A stretch of 64,000 nt of DNA from a bacterium. GTDB lineage: Bacteria > SAR324 > NAC60-12. The notes beneath the pieces were generated by a model that was given only the letters and a program-made list of their open reading frames with translations, was not told where the DNA came from and made no database searches. The stretch is taken from positions 704,001-768,000 of the forward strand of contig CBDDTI010000746.1 in assembly GCA_965233585.1 (NCBI GenBank). The letters run 5' to 3'. The translations under genes were made by a program, and so were the position numbers. Positions within the stretch are counted from its first letter, which is position 1. Each line of letters starts with the position of its first letter. This document shows, one piece after another, positions 1 to 9,321 of this stretch.

Positions 1-11
1 TCCTTTGTAGC

Positions 12-668
12 ATGCTTCAACGTACCTCTAAAAACCTGATTCCAATTCGTCAATATCTTTCAGCAGGTATTTCTGACGAAGTGGCTCTTTTCCTACAACT
101 TTGCCACTACTTATTTCAATCTGGCTTTTTATTTGATGATGCCACACCTGATGAAATCAAGGCAGGTGAGGAAATCATCACCTCCTTCATTGACCAAGAA
201 TCAAGTTTGTTAGAAGGAATAGTTGACCATCAAGTTTGCCAGCACTTCATGGCTTATATTCAAAGCCACGCTTGGGATAGTGAGAAACAAAAAAAGAAGG
301 TGAGGCTGAAAGTCAGCCGTGAATTTGAAAAACTGCTTGGGGGAGGTCGTTCGGCAGGAAGTATTGAACGCAATGTGCATCTTGGGTTAACGTCAGGGTT
401 GCAAACTTTTTCAGACTTTAGCAACTATCTTTACTCTTACTACCAATTCTTTTTGGAAGAGGGGCTACCAACAGGAGAAGAACGTTATAGTCCTGAAGAT
501 TTATTGCAAATGCGTTCGCAACTTTTGGAACGTTTGGAAGGAAAAAAGTTTGTAGATTGGTTATTGGGAGCGATTGAGTCTAAACATGATGGCAAGTTGC
601 CAACAGACTTGAGCGATGTGAGAGGAACTCATCAAAAAATCCAATTTGTCAGACCTTCACAACATTAG
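12..668 (+). CDS. hypothetical protein (true start may lie upstream of the window)
   Basis: 218-aa ORF converging on hldE; no motif recognised. Confidence 0.6.
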   Translation: MLQRTSKNLIPIRQYLSAGISDEVALFLQLCHYLFQSGFLFDDATPDEIKAGEEIITSFIDQESSLLEGIVDHQVCQHFMAYIQSHAWDSEKQKKKVRLKVSREFEKLLGGGRSAGSIERNVHLGLTSGLQTFSDFSNYLYSYYQFFLEEGLPTGEERYSPEDLLQMRSQLLERLEGKKFVDWLLGAIESKHDGKLPTDLSDVRGTHQKIQFVRPSQH

Positions 669-672
669 TCTT

Positions 673-2070
673 TTAGTATTCAGGAAGATATTCTAATCTT
701 GCACCCACAGCTTGAATTTCAGAGAGTTCCGCAATGGGTTGATGGCGGTAACCAGCACCTTTGACAACAACTGATGGCTTCAATTCCAAAATCAGTTTGG
801 CAGGGCTGGGTTCATCAAACATGACGACCCAATCCACACTTTCCAAAGCCGCAACTAAAGCCGCACGTTCTCTTTCGTTGACAGTAGGAGGAGTGTTTTT
901 TTGGGAAGCCACAGAAAAATCACTATTGAGTGCTACGACATGTTCCCCTTCAAATGCTGCTAAACCTTGTAAAAACTTTAACTGTCCTGAAGAAAGACGG
1001 TCAAAATAACCACTTGCAAAAATGATGGGCTTGCTGGTTTGGTCAAGATGCTGTTGAAGTGTCTCCAATGAAACTACTTTGTCAGAGACCGTTCCACGTT
1101 CCAGCTTTTGTAATAACTGACTTTTAGACAACGGCACAACTCCAACATGCTCAATTTCCATACCTGCCGCAAAATTTGCCCAAAATGCCGCTTGTTCTAT
1201 TTTAGCACCTCCTCCCAACATGAAAGCCAAAACGCTGGTTGCCATGTCTCCTGCACCCACCACATCAAAAACTGCTTTGGCTTCTGATTCAAAAAGCTGT
1301 GAAGAATCTTTGCCAGAAAGAAGCATTCCATCTTGGTCTAAACTCAAAACGACATATTGAAAGCCATACTTATCTCTCAACATTTTTGCCGCTTTTTCCG
1401 CATCGCCAAGACTTTCAATGGTTATACCTGTTGCAAGCTGTGCTTCATAGCGATTGGGTTTCACGAGGTAAAAACCTTTGTATGCTGAATAGTCCGAAGT
1501 CAAAGGTGGATCCAGTAAGACCAGACTACCTTGCTCTGACGCTTTTTGTAATTCTTGAAGAATGGCATTTTGAAAAAATCCTTTCGCATAGTCTGAAGCC
1601 ACAACAGCAGAACAACGAGGTATGTTCTGCCTAAGAAAGTCAAGGATTTTAGAGATTTGTGTCAAGTTCCAATGGCTTTTGGGGTCAAAGTCCATACGCA
1701 ACAAATGATGATGCCCTGACAGCATACGATGCTTGCAAATGGTGCGGAGTTCTGGCTCAATGACAATCCCCTCAGCTGATGCTCCACAAGTTTTGACCAG
1801 TGAGACCAGCTCTTGACCTGCTTCATCAAGACCGACTGCCCCACATGCAATAGATTGACTGCCCAGTTTGGACAAATTAGCAACCACATTTGCGGCACCT
1901 CCAAGACGTGAGTCTTCCTTTTTGATTTTGAGAATCGGAATAGGGGCTTCTGGTGAAATACGTTCAACATCTCCCCATGAATAACGATCTAGCATCAAAT
2001 CTCCTATGGTTAAAATGCAAGGCGAGGCAATACGACGCAACGCCCCTGCTAAACCTAGTGACTCTTGCAT
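673..2070 (-). CDS. hldE: bifunctional heptose-7-phosphate kinase / heptose-1-phosphate adenylyltransferase (C-terminal domain degenerate)
   Basis: GDLMLDRY..G.VERISPEAPIP, GGAANVA, SDYAKG, DVVGAGD PfkB-type kinase motifs; C-terminal cytidylyltransferase-like domain (ALNSD, ERERA, VVKGA). Confidence 0.92.
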   Translation of the reverse strand: MQESLGLAGALRRIASPCILTIGDLMLDRYSWGDVERISPEAPIPILKIKKEDSRLGGAANVVANLSKLGSQSIACGAVGLDEAGQELVSLVKTCGASAEGIVIEPELRTICKHRMLSGHHHLLRMDFDPKSHWNLTQISKILDFLRQNIPRCSAVVASDYAKGFFQNAILQELQKASEQGSLVLLDPPLTSDYSAYKGFYLVKPNRYEAQLATGITIESLGDAEKAAKMLRDKYGFQYVVLSLDQDGMLLSGKDSSQLFESEAKAVFDVVGAGDMATSVLAFMLGGGAKIEQAAFWANFAAGMEIEHVGVVPLSKSQLLQKLERGTVSDKVVSLETLQQHLDQTSKPIIFASGYFDRLSSGQLKFLQGLAAFEGEHVVALNSDFSVASQKNTPPTVNERERAALVAALESVDWVVMFDEPSPAKLILELKPSVVVKGAGYRHQPIAELSEIQAVGARLEYLPEY

Positions 2071-2078
2071 AAAGCAGT

Positions 2079-3095
2079 TTATTGACTTTGGGTGAGGTAT
2101 TTTAGAATTAAATCTTCAAAGACATGAAAAGGTTGCGCACCTGAAAGGGTTTCGCCTTGCACCGTCTGGCTTTCAGTGTCATACAGACCAATGACAAAAC
2201 CCGGAGTTCCTCTGAAACCTGCTGAAACTGCTGCCTGAATGTCATCATTGACACGTTGGCGATATTTTTGGGAGGTTAAGCACGCATCAAATGTCTTGAG
2301 ATTGGGAATTTTGACAGCACGTGCATAGTTTTTGAGGTCTGGAATGAATTGGGCTTTTTGATTTTGGTAAAGGATTTGATGGTAGTCTTCAAACTTGCCT
2401 TGGTCTCTTGCACATTCTGCTGCCAGTGCCGCCTCATCGGCTTCTTTGTGAAACTCCAACGGGAAATGCCGATAAGCAAACAACACATCTTTTTGGTATT
2501 TTTCAAACAAGGTTTGAACAGTTTGCTGGACACGACTACAAAATGGGCATTGATAGTCAGAAAATTCCAGCACCAGCACTTTGGCTTTTCTATTCCCTCT
2601 CTGATACGCATTGCTCATTTTCACTGTTGGAAGGAATGGGTCTGGCTTGGACAGATGGACGGTCACCATTCCTTTTTGAATTGCCTGCTCAAGTTTTTGC
2701 ATCTCAAACATGAGTTTCCCTTGTTCCTGCAAATAAGAGCGAATTTTGGGGGCAAAATCTTCATAAGTGCCACGATTCCTAAAATTAGCTTGATAGATGG
2801 CTCGCACCTGCGATTCATCAGTTTCAAGGTTGGGAAACTCTCTGATGTCAGGGTGTTGCTCATAGAGCTTAGACAATCCTTTCCTGTTCATCTTCTTCAA
2901 AATCAACGAATGCAGTTCTTTTCTCAATTCATAGATTTGTTGGTCCTGAATGTCATTGAGCCTCAACTCTTCTTCTCCAATACTCATCAAAACAGGGTTG
3001 TTTGAATACACTTGAGCCGTTAATGTAGAAGGCAACAAAAGACTTGACAAAACCAAGAAACAAGTTAAAAACTTTTGAGTTGTTTTCAATCCCAT
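2079..3095 (-). CDS. DsbA/thioredoxin-fold periplasmic oxidoreductase
   Basis: signal peptide; EFSDYQCPFC active site, RHFPL, GFRGTPGF cis-Pro motif. Confidence 0.9.
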   Translation of the reverse strand: MGLKTTQKFLTCFLVLSSLLLPSTLTAQVYSNNPVLMSIGEEELRLNDIQDQQIYELRKELHSLILKKMNRKGLSKLYEQHPDIREFPNLETDESQVRAIYQANFRNRGTYEDFAPKIRSYLQEQGKLMFEMQKLEQAIQKGMVTVHLSKPDPFLPTVKMSNAYQRGNRKAKVLVLEFSDYQCPFCSRVQQTVQTLFEKYQKDVLFAYRHFPLEFHKEADEAALAAECARDQGKFEDYHQILYQNQKAQFIPDLKNYARAVKIPNLKTFDACLTSQKYRQRVNDDIQAAVSAGFRGTPGFVIGLYDTESQTVQGETLSGAQPFHVFEDLILKYLTQSQ

Positions 3096-3296
3096 ACTCC
3101 TTTTGAATCAAATTAAATAAAAACGGACTATCCTACATTTGAATTGCAAAAATAGGCAAGTGTATTCCCATTTGAGACAAAAATTGACAATTTTTAAAAA
3201 TTTTTTTACTCTCCTCAAAACTCCAACAAATGAAAGACTTCCAATACAGAGAGTCGTTGAGATATTTAAAAAGTTTACAAACATGAAAAAAATATC

Positions 3297-3325
3297 TTGA
3301 CTTGAAAAAGATTGCAATTTACAAT
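3297..3325 (+). promoter_or_regulatory. sigma70-type promoter of the polyol operon
   Basis: TTGACT (3297)-17 bp-TACAAT (3320), 40 bp upstream of the eryD start. Confidence 0.7.
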
Positions 3326-3365
3326 GCTGGGTTTCGCTTTAAATGTGAGGTGACGCAGAATTTAG

Positions 3366-4304
3366 ATGAGTAAAAGAGACGAAACGTCCCTAGCTTTAAG
3401 AGCAGTGTGGCTTCACTTAATCGGGGGCTTAACACAGCTAGAAGTTTCTGCACGGCTGGGGATTTCAAAGTTGAAGGCACACCGCTTGATTAGTCATGCC
3501 ATGAGTGCAGGCATTGTCAAAGTTTTTATAGAGGGAGAAGTCGCAGAGTGTGTGCGTTTGGAAAATCAGCTCATGGACAAATACAGTTTGAGTTATTGCA
3601 GTGTGAACCCTTGCATAGACACAGAACCCTTACCGGTCAAAACTTTAGGATATGCTGGGGCAAAGTACCTGAACTCACTTTTGGAAAAACCTGATGAATG
3701 TCTCATCGGTATAGGGCATGGGCGCACCTTAGCCTCTGTCTCAGAATATTTGCCCAAGAAAAAGATTACTCATAAAAAATTTGTATCATTGCTTGGTGGT
3801 TTGAGTAGAAAATTTATTGCAACACCCTACGATGTCATTCATCAGCTGGCAAGTAAAACAGAGGCAGATGCGTTTGTCATGCCCCTGCCTATCGTTGCAA
3901 ATTCCACTGAAGACAAATCGGTTTTGATGTCTCAACGAGGAGTCAGCGAAATTTTTCAAATCATGCAAAAGTCAGATGTGATGCTTGCTGGGATTGGAAG
4001 CACAGCCCCCACCGCTTATCTGATTCAAAGTTCTATTTTTACAGAAACAGAATTTGAAGAGATTCGCTCAGCAGGTGGAGAAGGCGAGTTGCTTGGCAGT
4101 TTTTTTTCAAGTGAAGGACAGATCGTTAGAACTGCCTTGACAGATCGCATCATTTCTCTGGATTTTGAATCCATGAAAAACCAAAGAATTATTGGCATTG
4201 CAGGTGGAGTGAGAAAAGCACATGGCATCAAGGCTGTGTTAAAAAGCTCTATCTTGCAAGGTCTTATCACTGACGAGCAAACTGCCAATCTGCTTGTGAG
4301 TTAA
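3366..4304 (+). CDS. eryD: SorC/DeoR-family sugar-binding transcriptional regulator (EryD-like)
   Basis: N-terminal HTH (LALRAVWLH..GLTQ.EVS.RLGIS..KAHRLI), GIGHGRTL and LITDE motifs; resembles recalled alphaproteobacterial EryD. Confidence 0.85.
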   Translation: MSKRDETSLALRAVWLHLIGGLTQLEVSARLGISKLKAHRLISHAMSAGIVKVFIEGEVAECVRLENQLMDKYSLSYCSVNPCIDTEPLPVKTLGYAGAKYLNSLLEKPDECLIGIGHGRTLASVSEYLPKKKITHKKFVSLLGGLSRKFIATPYDVIHQLASKTEADAFVMPLPIVANSTEDKSVLMSQRGVSEIFQIMQKSDVMLAGIGSTAPTAYLIQSSIFTETEFEEIRSAGGEGELLGSFFSSEGQIVRTALTDRIISLDFESMKNQRIIGIAGGVRKAHGIKAVLKSSILQGLITDEQTANLLVS

Positions 4305-4332
4305 TTTTTAATCTCAATTTTAGGAGTTCATT

Positions 4333-5772
4333 ATGAGCCAAAAAGAAGACGATGTCTTTGAAAAATATGTGAAAGGTCAAATGCCCAGAAGGGAGTTTTT
4401 GCACAAAACAGCAAAGTTGGGTCTGACAGCAGGTGCTGCCCATTTGATGATGACACAAGCGGCAACTAGCTTATTTGCAGGGAATTTTGATTGGATGAAG
4501 TTTAAAGGGAAGACCTTAAAGCTTTTACTCAACAAGCACCCCTACACTGATGCAATGATTGCCAATCTCAACACTTTCAAAAAGTTGACAGGCATGGACG
4601 TCAAATATGATGTCTTCCCTGAAGATGTTTATTTTGACAAAGTGACCGCCGCGCTCTCTTCTAGGTCAAAAGAATATGATGCTTTTATGACGGGAGCATA
4701 CCAAACATGGACTTACGGACCAGCAGGCTGGATTGAAGATTTGAGTGAATGGATTGAAGACTCTGACAAAACCGCCCCTGATTATAACTGGAAGGATATG
4801 CTACCCGGGTTGCGTGCCTCTACTGCTTGGAACGGTGTGCCGGGTTCTGAACTTGGAACAGCAGGTTCAAAGCAATGGTGTATCCCTTGGGGCTATGAGC
4901 TGAACAGCATTTCTTACAACCGAAGGCTTCTGGACAAAGCAGGTGTTGAACCCCCCAGAGATTTGGACGATTTAATAGACGTCGCTCAAAAATTAAAAAA
5001 AGATTTAGGAGGTCCTTATGGCATTGGTGTTCGTGGTTCTCGTTCTTGGGCAACCATTCACCCGGGCTTTTTATCAGCTTATGCCAACTATGGACAAAAG
5101 GATTTCACCATTGACAATGGCATGTTGAAAGCGGCAATGAATACGAGAGGCTCAAAAAACTTTCATAGGAAATGGGTCAAAATGATTCAAGATTCTGGTC
5201 CTAAAAACTGGTCAACTTACACTTGGTATCAGGTGGGAACAGACCTAGGAGCAGGTGCTTCTGCCATGATTTATGATGCTGACATTCTAGGATATTTTAT
5301 GAATGGAGAAGACAATAAAGAGTCTGGCAATTTGGGATACATGCCGTTTACTCCCAATCCTAATGCTGAGGCTCCCACCCCTAACGTGTGGATTTGGTCT
5401 CTTGCCATGTCTCGTTTTTCTCGTCAAAAAGATGCCGCTTGGTATTTTATGCAATGGGCATCAGGGCTAGAACATGGGTTATTTGGTGCAAGAAAAATGG
5501 ACTTTGTGAACCCTGTGCGTCAGACAGTTTGGGACGACAGAATGTTCCGAAATCGCATTGCTGATTCTTACCCCGGGTACTTGAAACAGCACGATCAATC
5601 AGCACCAGGGGCTAAAATTCACTTCACTCCACAACCTCTCTTCTTTGACCTCACAACACAATGGGCAGAGACGCTACAAAAAATGGTAGCCAATTCTGTT
5701 TCTGTTGATGAAGGATTGGATCAACTTGCAGAAAGTGTGGACAAACAACTCAAAGATGCTGGTTTGGCATAA
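4333..5772 (+). CDS. CUT1 sugar/polyol ABC transporter substrate-binding protein, Tat-exported
   Basis: RREFL twin-arginine signal; SBP_bac_1-like composition; precedes permeases. Confidence 0.9.
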   Translation: MSQKEDDVFEKYVKGQMPRREFLHKTAKLGLTAGAAHLMMTQAATSLFAGNFDWMKFKGKTLKLLLNKHPYTDAMIANLNTFKKLTGMDVKYDVFPEDVYFDKVTAALSSRSKEYDAFMTGAYQTWTYGPAGWIEDLSEWIEDSDKTAPDYNWKDMLPGLRASTAWNGVPGSELGTAGSKQWCIPWGYELNSISYNRRLLDKAGVEPPRDLDDLIDVAQKLKKDLGGPYGIGVRGSRSWATIHPGFLSAYANYGQKDFTIDNGMLKAAMNTRGSKNFHRKWVKMIQDSGPKNWSTYTWYQVGTDLGAGASAMIYDADILGYFMNGEDNKESGNLGYMPFTPNPNAEAPTPNVWIWSLAMSRFSRQKDAAWYFMQWASGLEHGLFGARKMDFVNPVRQTVWDDRMFRNRIADSYPGYLKQHDQSAPGAKIHFTPQPLFFDLTTQWAETLQKMVANSVSVDEGLDQLAESVDKQLKDAGLA

Positions 5773-5779
5773 TTCAAAA

Positions 5780-5812
5780 GTCATGGAAGAGATTTTGAAT
5801 TTCCTCCATGAC
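5780..5812 (+). terminator. stem-loop downstream of the binding-protein gene (terminator or mRNA-stabilising hairpin)
   Basis: GTCATGGA...TCCATGAC inverted repeat just after the stop codon; no strong U-tract. Confidence 0.55.
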
Positions 5813-6048
5813 ACAGCATCATTTGAAAAATAGACTTGTCGTTGTTGCGTTTGGTGAGGAATCTGTCACCAGTCAGATGATGGGTTCATGCCTTTGTAAA
5901 AAAGGCAAGTCAAGCCACGTTTTTCACTGATATTTGTCCGTTTGTTCAATCAGATAACTTTGAAGACGTGTAAAAGCGTGGAGTGAAATTTAACGAAAAC
6001 GAGTCTTCTTTTTCAGATGTCAGAACCCCGAAGGATTGTTGAAATTCA

Positions 6049-6507
6049 GTGCTGATTTTTCGCCGTGCCACCAAAGAGGATTTACCTGTTTTGGTGCAAA
6101 TGCTTGCAGACGATGAGCTTGGTTCAAAAAGAGAAGACTCTTCTCAACCTTTGAATCCAAGGTATTCTTCTGCATTTGACCAGATTGATTCTGACAGCCA
6201 TAACGAACTCATTGTTGCTGAAAATGAAAAACAATCTATTGTTGGCATGTTGCAATTAACTTTTATTCCATACTTAACTCATCAAGGTTCTTGGCGCTGC
6301 TTGATTGAGGGGGTCAGAGTGCATCACCATTTTAGAGGAAAACAGATAGGCTCAAAACTGATTCAGCATGCCATTCAGTGCGCCAAACAGAGGAAGTGCC
6401 AAATCGTTCAGCTGACCACAGACAAGCAAAGACCTGATGCGATTCGTTTTTATCAGCAATTAGGCTTCCAAGCCACACATGAAGGGTTTAAATTGAAACT
6501 ACTATGA
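6049..6507 (+). CDS. GNAT-family N-acetyltransferase
   Basis: IEGVRV...RGKQIG acetyl-CoA motif A; VQLTTDKQRPDAIRFYQQLGF motif B. Confidence 0.9.
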   Translation: MLIFRRATKEDLPVLVQMLADDELGSKREDSSQPLNPRYSSAFDQIDSDSHNELIVAENEKQSIVGMLQLTFIPYLTHQGSWRCLIEGVRVHHHFRGKQIGSKLIQHAIQCAKQRKCQIVQLTTDKQRPDAIRFYQQLGFQATHEGFKLKLL

Positions 6508-7379
6508 CGAAACAAAGATTTTTACCTTACCTTCTCAGTCTGCCTGCATTGTTAGTCTGCATTGGAATTTTGATTCCGTTTGCCACAGCAGCTTATTATT
6601 CTACTTTGCGATTCCGACTGAACCTTCCCTTTCTAAAAGGCTTCATCTGGTTTGACAACTACATCAATTTGTTCACAGATAGTGCTTTTTGGAACACCTT
6701 GCAAATTTCTTTGGTCTATGCAGGATTGACAGTGGTCATTGAGCTGTTGCTGGGGCTTGGGATTGCCTTGCTTCTCCAAGAATCTAATCGCTTGAACAAT
6801 ACCATTTCTATTCTGTTGATGCTTCCTTTGATGACTGCACCAGCTTTGGCATCGTTGATGTGGAAGTTGATGACAAACCCCAATTTTGGGATTTTAAGTT
6901 ATTTGATTGGTCAACTGGGTTTCACTGATTTTCGTTGGGCATCTGACCCTTCTACTGCTCTTTTGACTGTCGTTTTGGTAGATGTTTGGGTGTACACACC
7001 ATTTATGATGATTTTGTTACTGGCAGGTTTGCGTTCTTTGCCTCAACAACCTTTTGAAGCGGCTGCATTAGATGGAGTCCCTTATTCTTTCATCTTCTTC
7101 AAAATTACTTTGCCAATGCTCATGCCCTATATCTTAACGGCAGTTCTTTTTCGGTTACTTGAGTCTATTCAACAATTTGACATCATTTATTCCATGACAC
7201 AAGGTGGTCCGGGAGACAAGCTGTTGGTGTTCCAAGTGCAAGCCTATTTGGAATTTTTCCAATACACCAATGTTGGAAAATCTGCGGCATTGATGATGAT
7301 TTTATGGGCAATGACGTTCTTTTTGTCTAACCTTTTTATTAAGCAATGGCTTCGTTTAAGGACAGCAACACATAGTTAA
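6504..7379 (+). CDS. carbohydrate ABC transporter permease
   Basis: multiple TM helices; EAAALDG EAA loop. Confidence 0.93.
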   Translation: MTKQRFLPYLLSLPALLVCIGILIPFATAAYYSTLRFRLNLPFLKGFIWFDNYINLFTDSAFWNTLQISLVYAGLTVVIELLLGLGIALLLQESNRLNNTISILLMLPLMTAPALASLMWKLMTNPNFGILSYLIGQLGFTDFRWASDPSTALLTVVLVDVWVYTPFMMILLLAGLRSLPQQPFEAAALDGVPYSFIFFKITLPMLMPYILTAVLFRLLESIQQFDIIYSMTQGGPGDKLLVFQVQAYLEFFQYTNVGKSAALMMILWAMTFFLSNLFIKQWLRLRTATHS

Positions 7380-7391
7380 CTTAAAATTCAA

Positions 7392-8237
7392 ATGACAGGC
7401 TTAAAATTAGCAAGAGGTCTTGCATTGACACTGATTTTGTTATTTTTTCTTTTTCCTATTTTTTGGATCTTTCTCATGTCTTTTCAGACCAATGAACAGA
7501 TTTTAAGAATCCCTCCAAGCCTTTTTTTTGAGCCAACTTTAATCAACTACAAAGGTCTCATCACAGGACAGCTAGAAACATCAGCAGGCACGTTAGAAAT
7601 TGATTTTTTACAAAATTTATTCAACAGCGTGATTTTGTCAGTTTTGGCAGTGGGACTTTCATTAATTTTAGGCGTGCCAGCTGCCTATGCTTTTGCAAGG
7701 TTCAAATTTAAAATGAAAGAGGATATTGCTTTTACGATCTTGTCATTCAAATTTGCACCACCTTTGTTGGTTTTGCTTCCGCTCAGTCTGTATTTTCAAG
7801 AGTTAGAAATTGCAGACACTTATTTTGGGCTAATCTGGGTTTATCAGCTGATTTCTTTGCCCTTCATTTTATGGATTACCAGAGGCTACTTTGAAGACAT
7901 TAATCCTGACATTGAACATGCGTTCCGTTTGGCAGGAAATTCATGGATTCAATCCTTTTTCAAAATTGCTATTCCATTGGCACGTCCGGGAATTGCAGCA
8001 GCAGGGTTGCTTTCCTTCATTTTTACTTGGAATAACTTTGTTTTTGCTTTGGTGCTGGCTTCTGCTGACAAACAACCTGTCACGGTAGGTGCTTTGGCAT
8101 TTGTGACGGCATCAGGGATTCAATATGGTCAAGTTGCGGCAGGGATTATTTTGTCTATCGCTCCTACTTTGATGATTGCTCTCTACGCACAAAAGTATCT
8201 TGTAGAAGGCTTATCACTTGGGGCAGTGAAGGGGTAA
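7392..8237 (+). CDS. carbohydrate ABC transporter permease
   Basis: TM helices; PAAYAFARF; EHAFRLAG variant EAA loop; GAVKG end. Confidence 0.93.
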   Translation: MTGLKLARGLALTLILLFFLFPIFWIFLMSFQTNEQILRIPPSLFFEPTLINYKGLITGQLETSAGTLEIDFLQNLFNSVILSVLAVGLSLILGVPAAYAFARFKFKMKEDIAFTILSFKFAPPLLVLLPLSLYFQELEIADTYFGLIWVYQLISLPFILWITRGYFEDINPDIEHAFRLAGNSWIQSFFKIAIPLARPGIAAAGLLSFIFTWNNFVFALVLASADKQPVTVGALAFVTASGIQYGQVAAGIILSIAPTLMIALYAQKYLVEGLSLGAVKG

Positions 8238-8238
8238 C

Positions 8239-9315
8239 ATGTCGCATCTTAAACTCAATCAGCTCAGTTTGTCATTCAAAGACCATCAAATTTTCAAAGA
8301 GATTTGTCTTGAGGTGAATCAAGGCGAGTTTGTTGTAGTCTTTGGTCATTCTGGTTGTGGCAAGACTGTGCTACTTCGTGCGATTGCAGGATTGCAAGAA
8401 CTGGACAGCGGAACCATTCACTTTGACAACCAAGACGTCACTCATGTTGCCCCTGAAAAACGTCAGATTGGCATGGCATTCCAGAACTTTGCGCTCTATC
8501 CTCATTTTTCTGCATTTCAAAACATTGCAAGTCCCTTAGTGGCTCAAAAGCTAAGCACTTCACAGATTGAAGAAAAAGTCTTTCAAATTGCTGAACATTT
8601 AAAAGTCCAACACGTTCTGAAACACATGCCCAAAGCATTATCTAACGGACAAAAGCAAAGAGTGGCATTGGCACGTGCTTTAATTGTTGAACCTAAATTG
8701 CTTTTGCTTGATGACCCATTAAGAAATGTTGATGCAAAACTTCGTTTTGAAATGAGGTTAAGCCTGCCTGAATTGTTGCAAAAGTTTCAAGCTACAACCA
8801 TTCATGTCACTCAAGATTACAAGGAGGCAATGGCATTGGCTGACAGGATTGCCATTTTGCATGAAGGGGAGGTGATTCAGTTTGACACCCCTGAGACCAT
8901 CTACATTAAACCTGCTTCTTTGACTGTTGCTAAACTTTTTGGAGACCCACCTATCAATCTGCTCCATGTTTCTATGCAACAAATGCAATCTCTTATTGTG
9001 GACACAGAGCGAGTGTTTCAGCAAAAAGAAGTGGGATTAGATTCTTACATTTTAGGCATACGTCCTGAACATCTTCAGTTTTGCCAACCTCACGAGCAAG
9101 GGGTTTTTGAGGCTGATATTCTCACAATCACCCCTTTAAATGAAAGAAATATTGTCTTTTTGAAAACGGAACATGGACATGAATTGCTTTCATCACACCC
9201 TTTTGATGAATCCCTGCCTAACGTAGGACAGAAGATCAGTATGAATTTTGACCTTGAAAATGTTTTTTTGTTTCACCCTCAAAATCAAAAAACTCTCAAT
9301 CTGAAAGAAGGCTAA
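8239..9315 (+). CDS. MalK-type ABC ATP-binding protein (degenerate catalytic motifs)
   Basis: GHSGCGKT Walker A; LSNGQ signature; LLLDDP Walker B; TOBE tail. Confidence 0.92.
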   Translation: MSHLKLNQLSLSFKDHQIFKEICLEVNQGEFVVVFGHSGCGKTVLLRAIAGLQELDSGTIHFDNQDVTHVAPEKRQIGMAFQNFALYPHFSAFQNIASPLVAQKLSTSQIEEKVFQIAEHLKVQHVLKHMPKALSNGQKQRVALARALIVEPKLLLLDDPLRNVDAKLRFEMRLSLPELLQKFQATTIHVTQDYKEAMALADRIAILHEGEVIQFDTPETIYIKPASLTVAKLFGDPPINLLHVSMQQMQSLIVDTERVFQQKEVGLDSYILGIRPEHLQFCQPHEQGVFEADILTITPLNERNIVFLKTEHGHELLSSHPFDESLPNVGQKISMNFDLENVFLFHPQNQKTLNLKEG

Positions 9316-9321
9316 AGCCGT

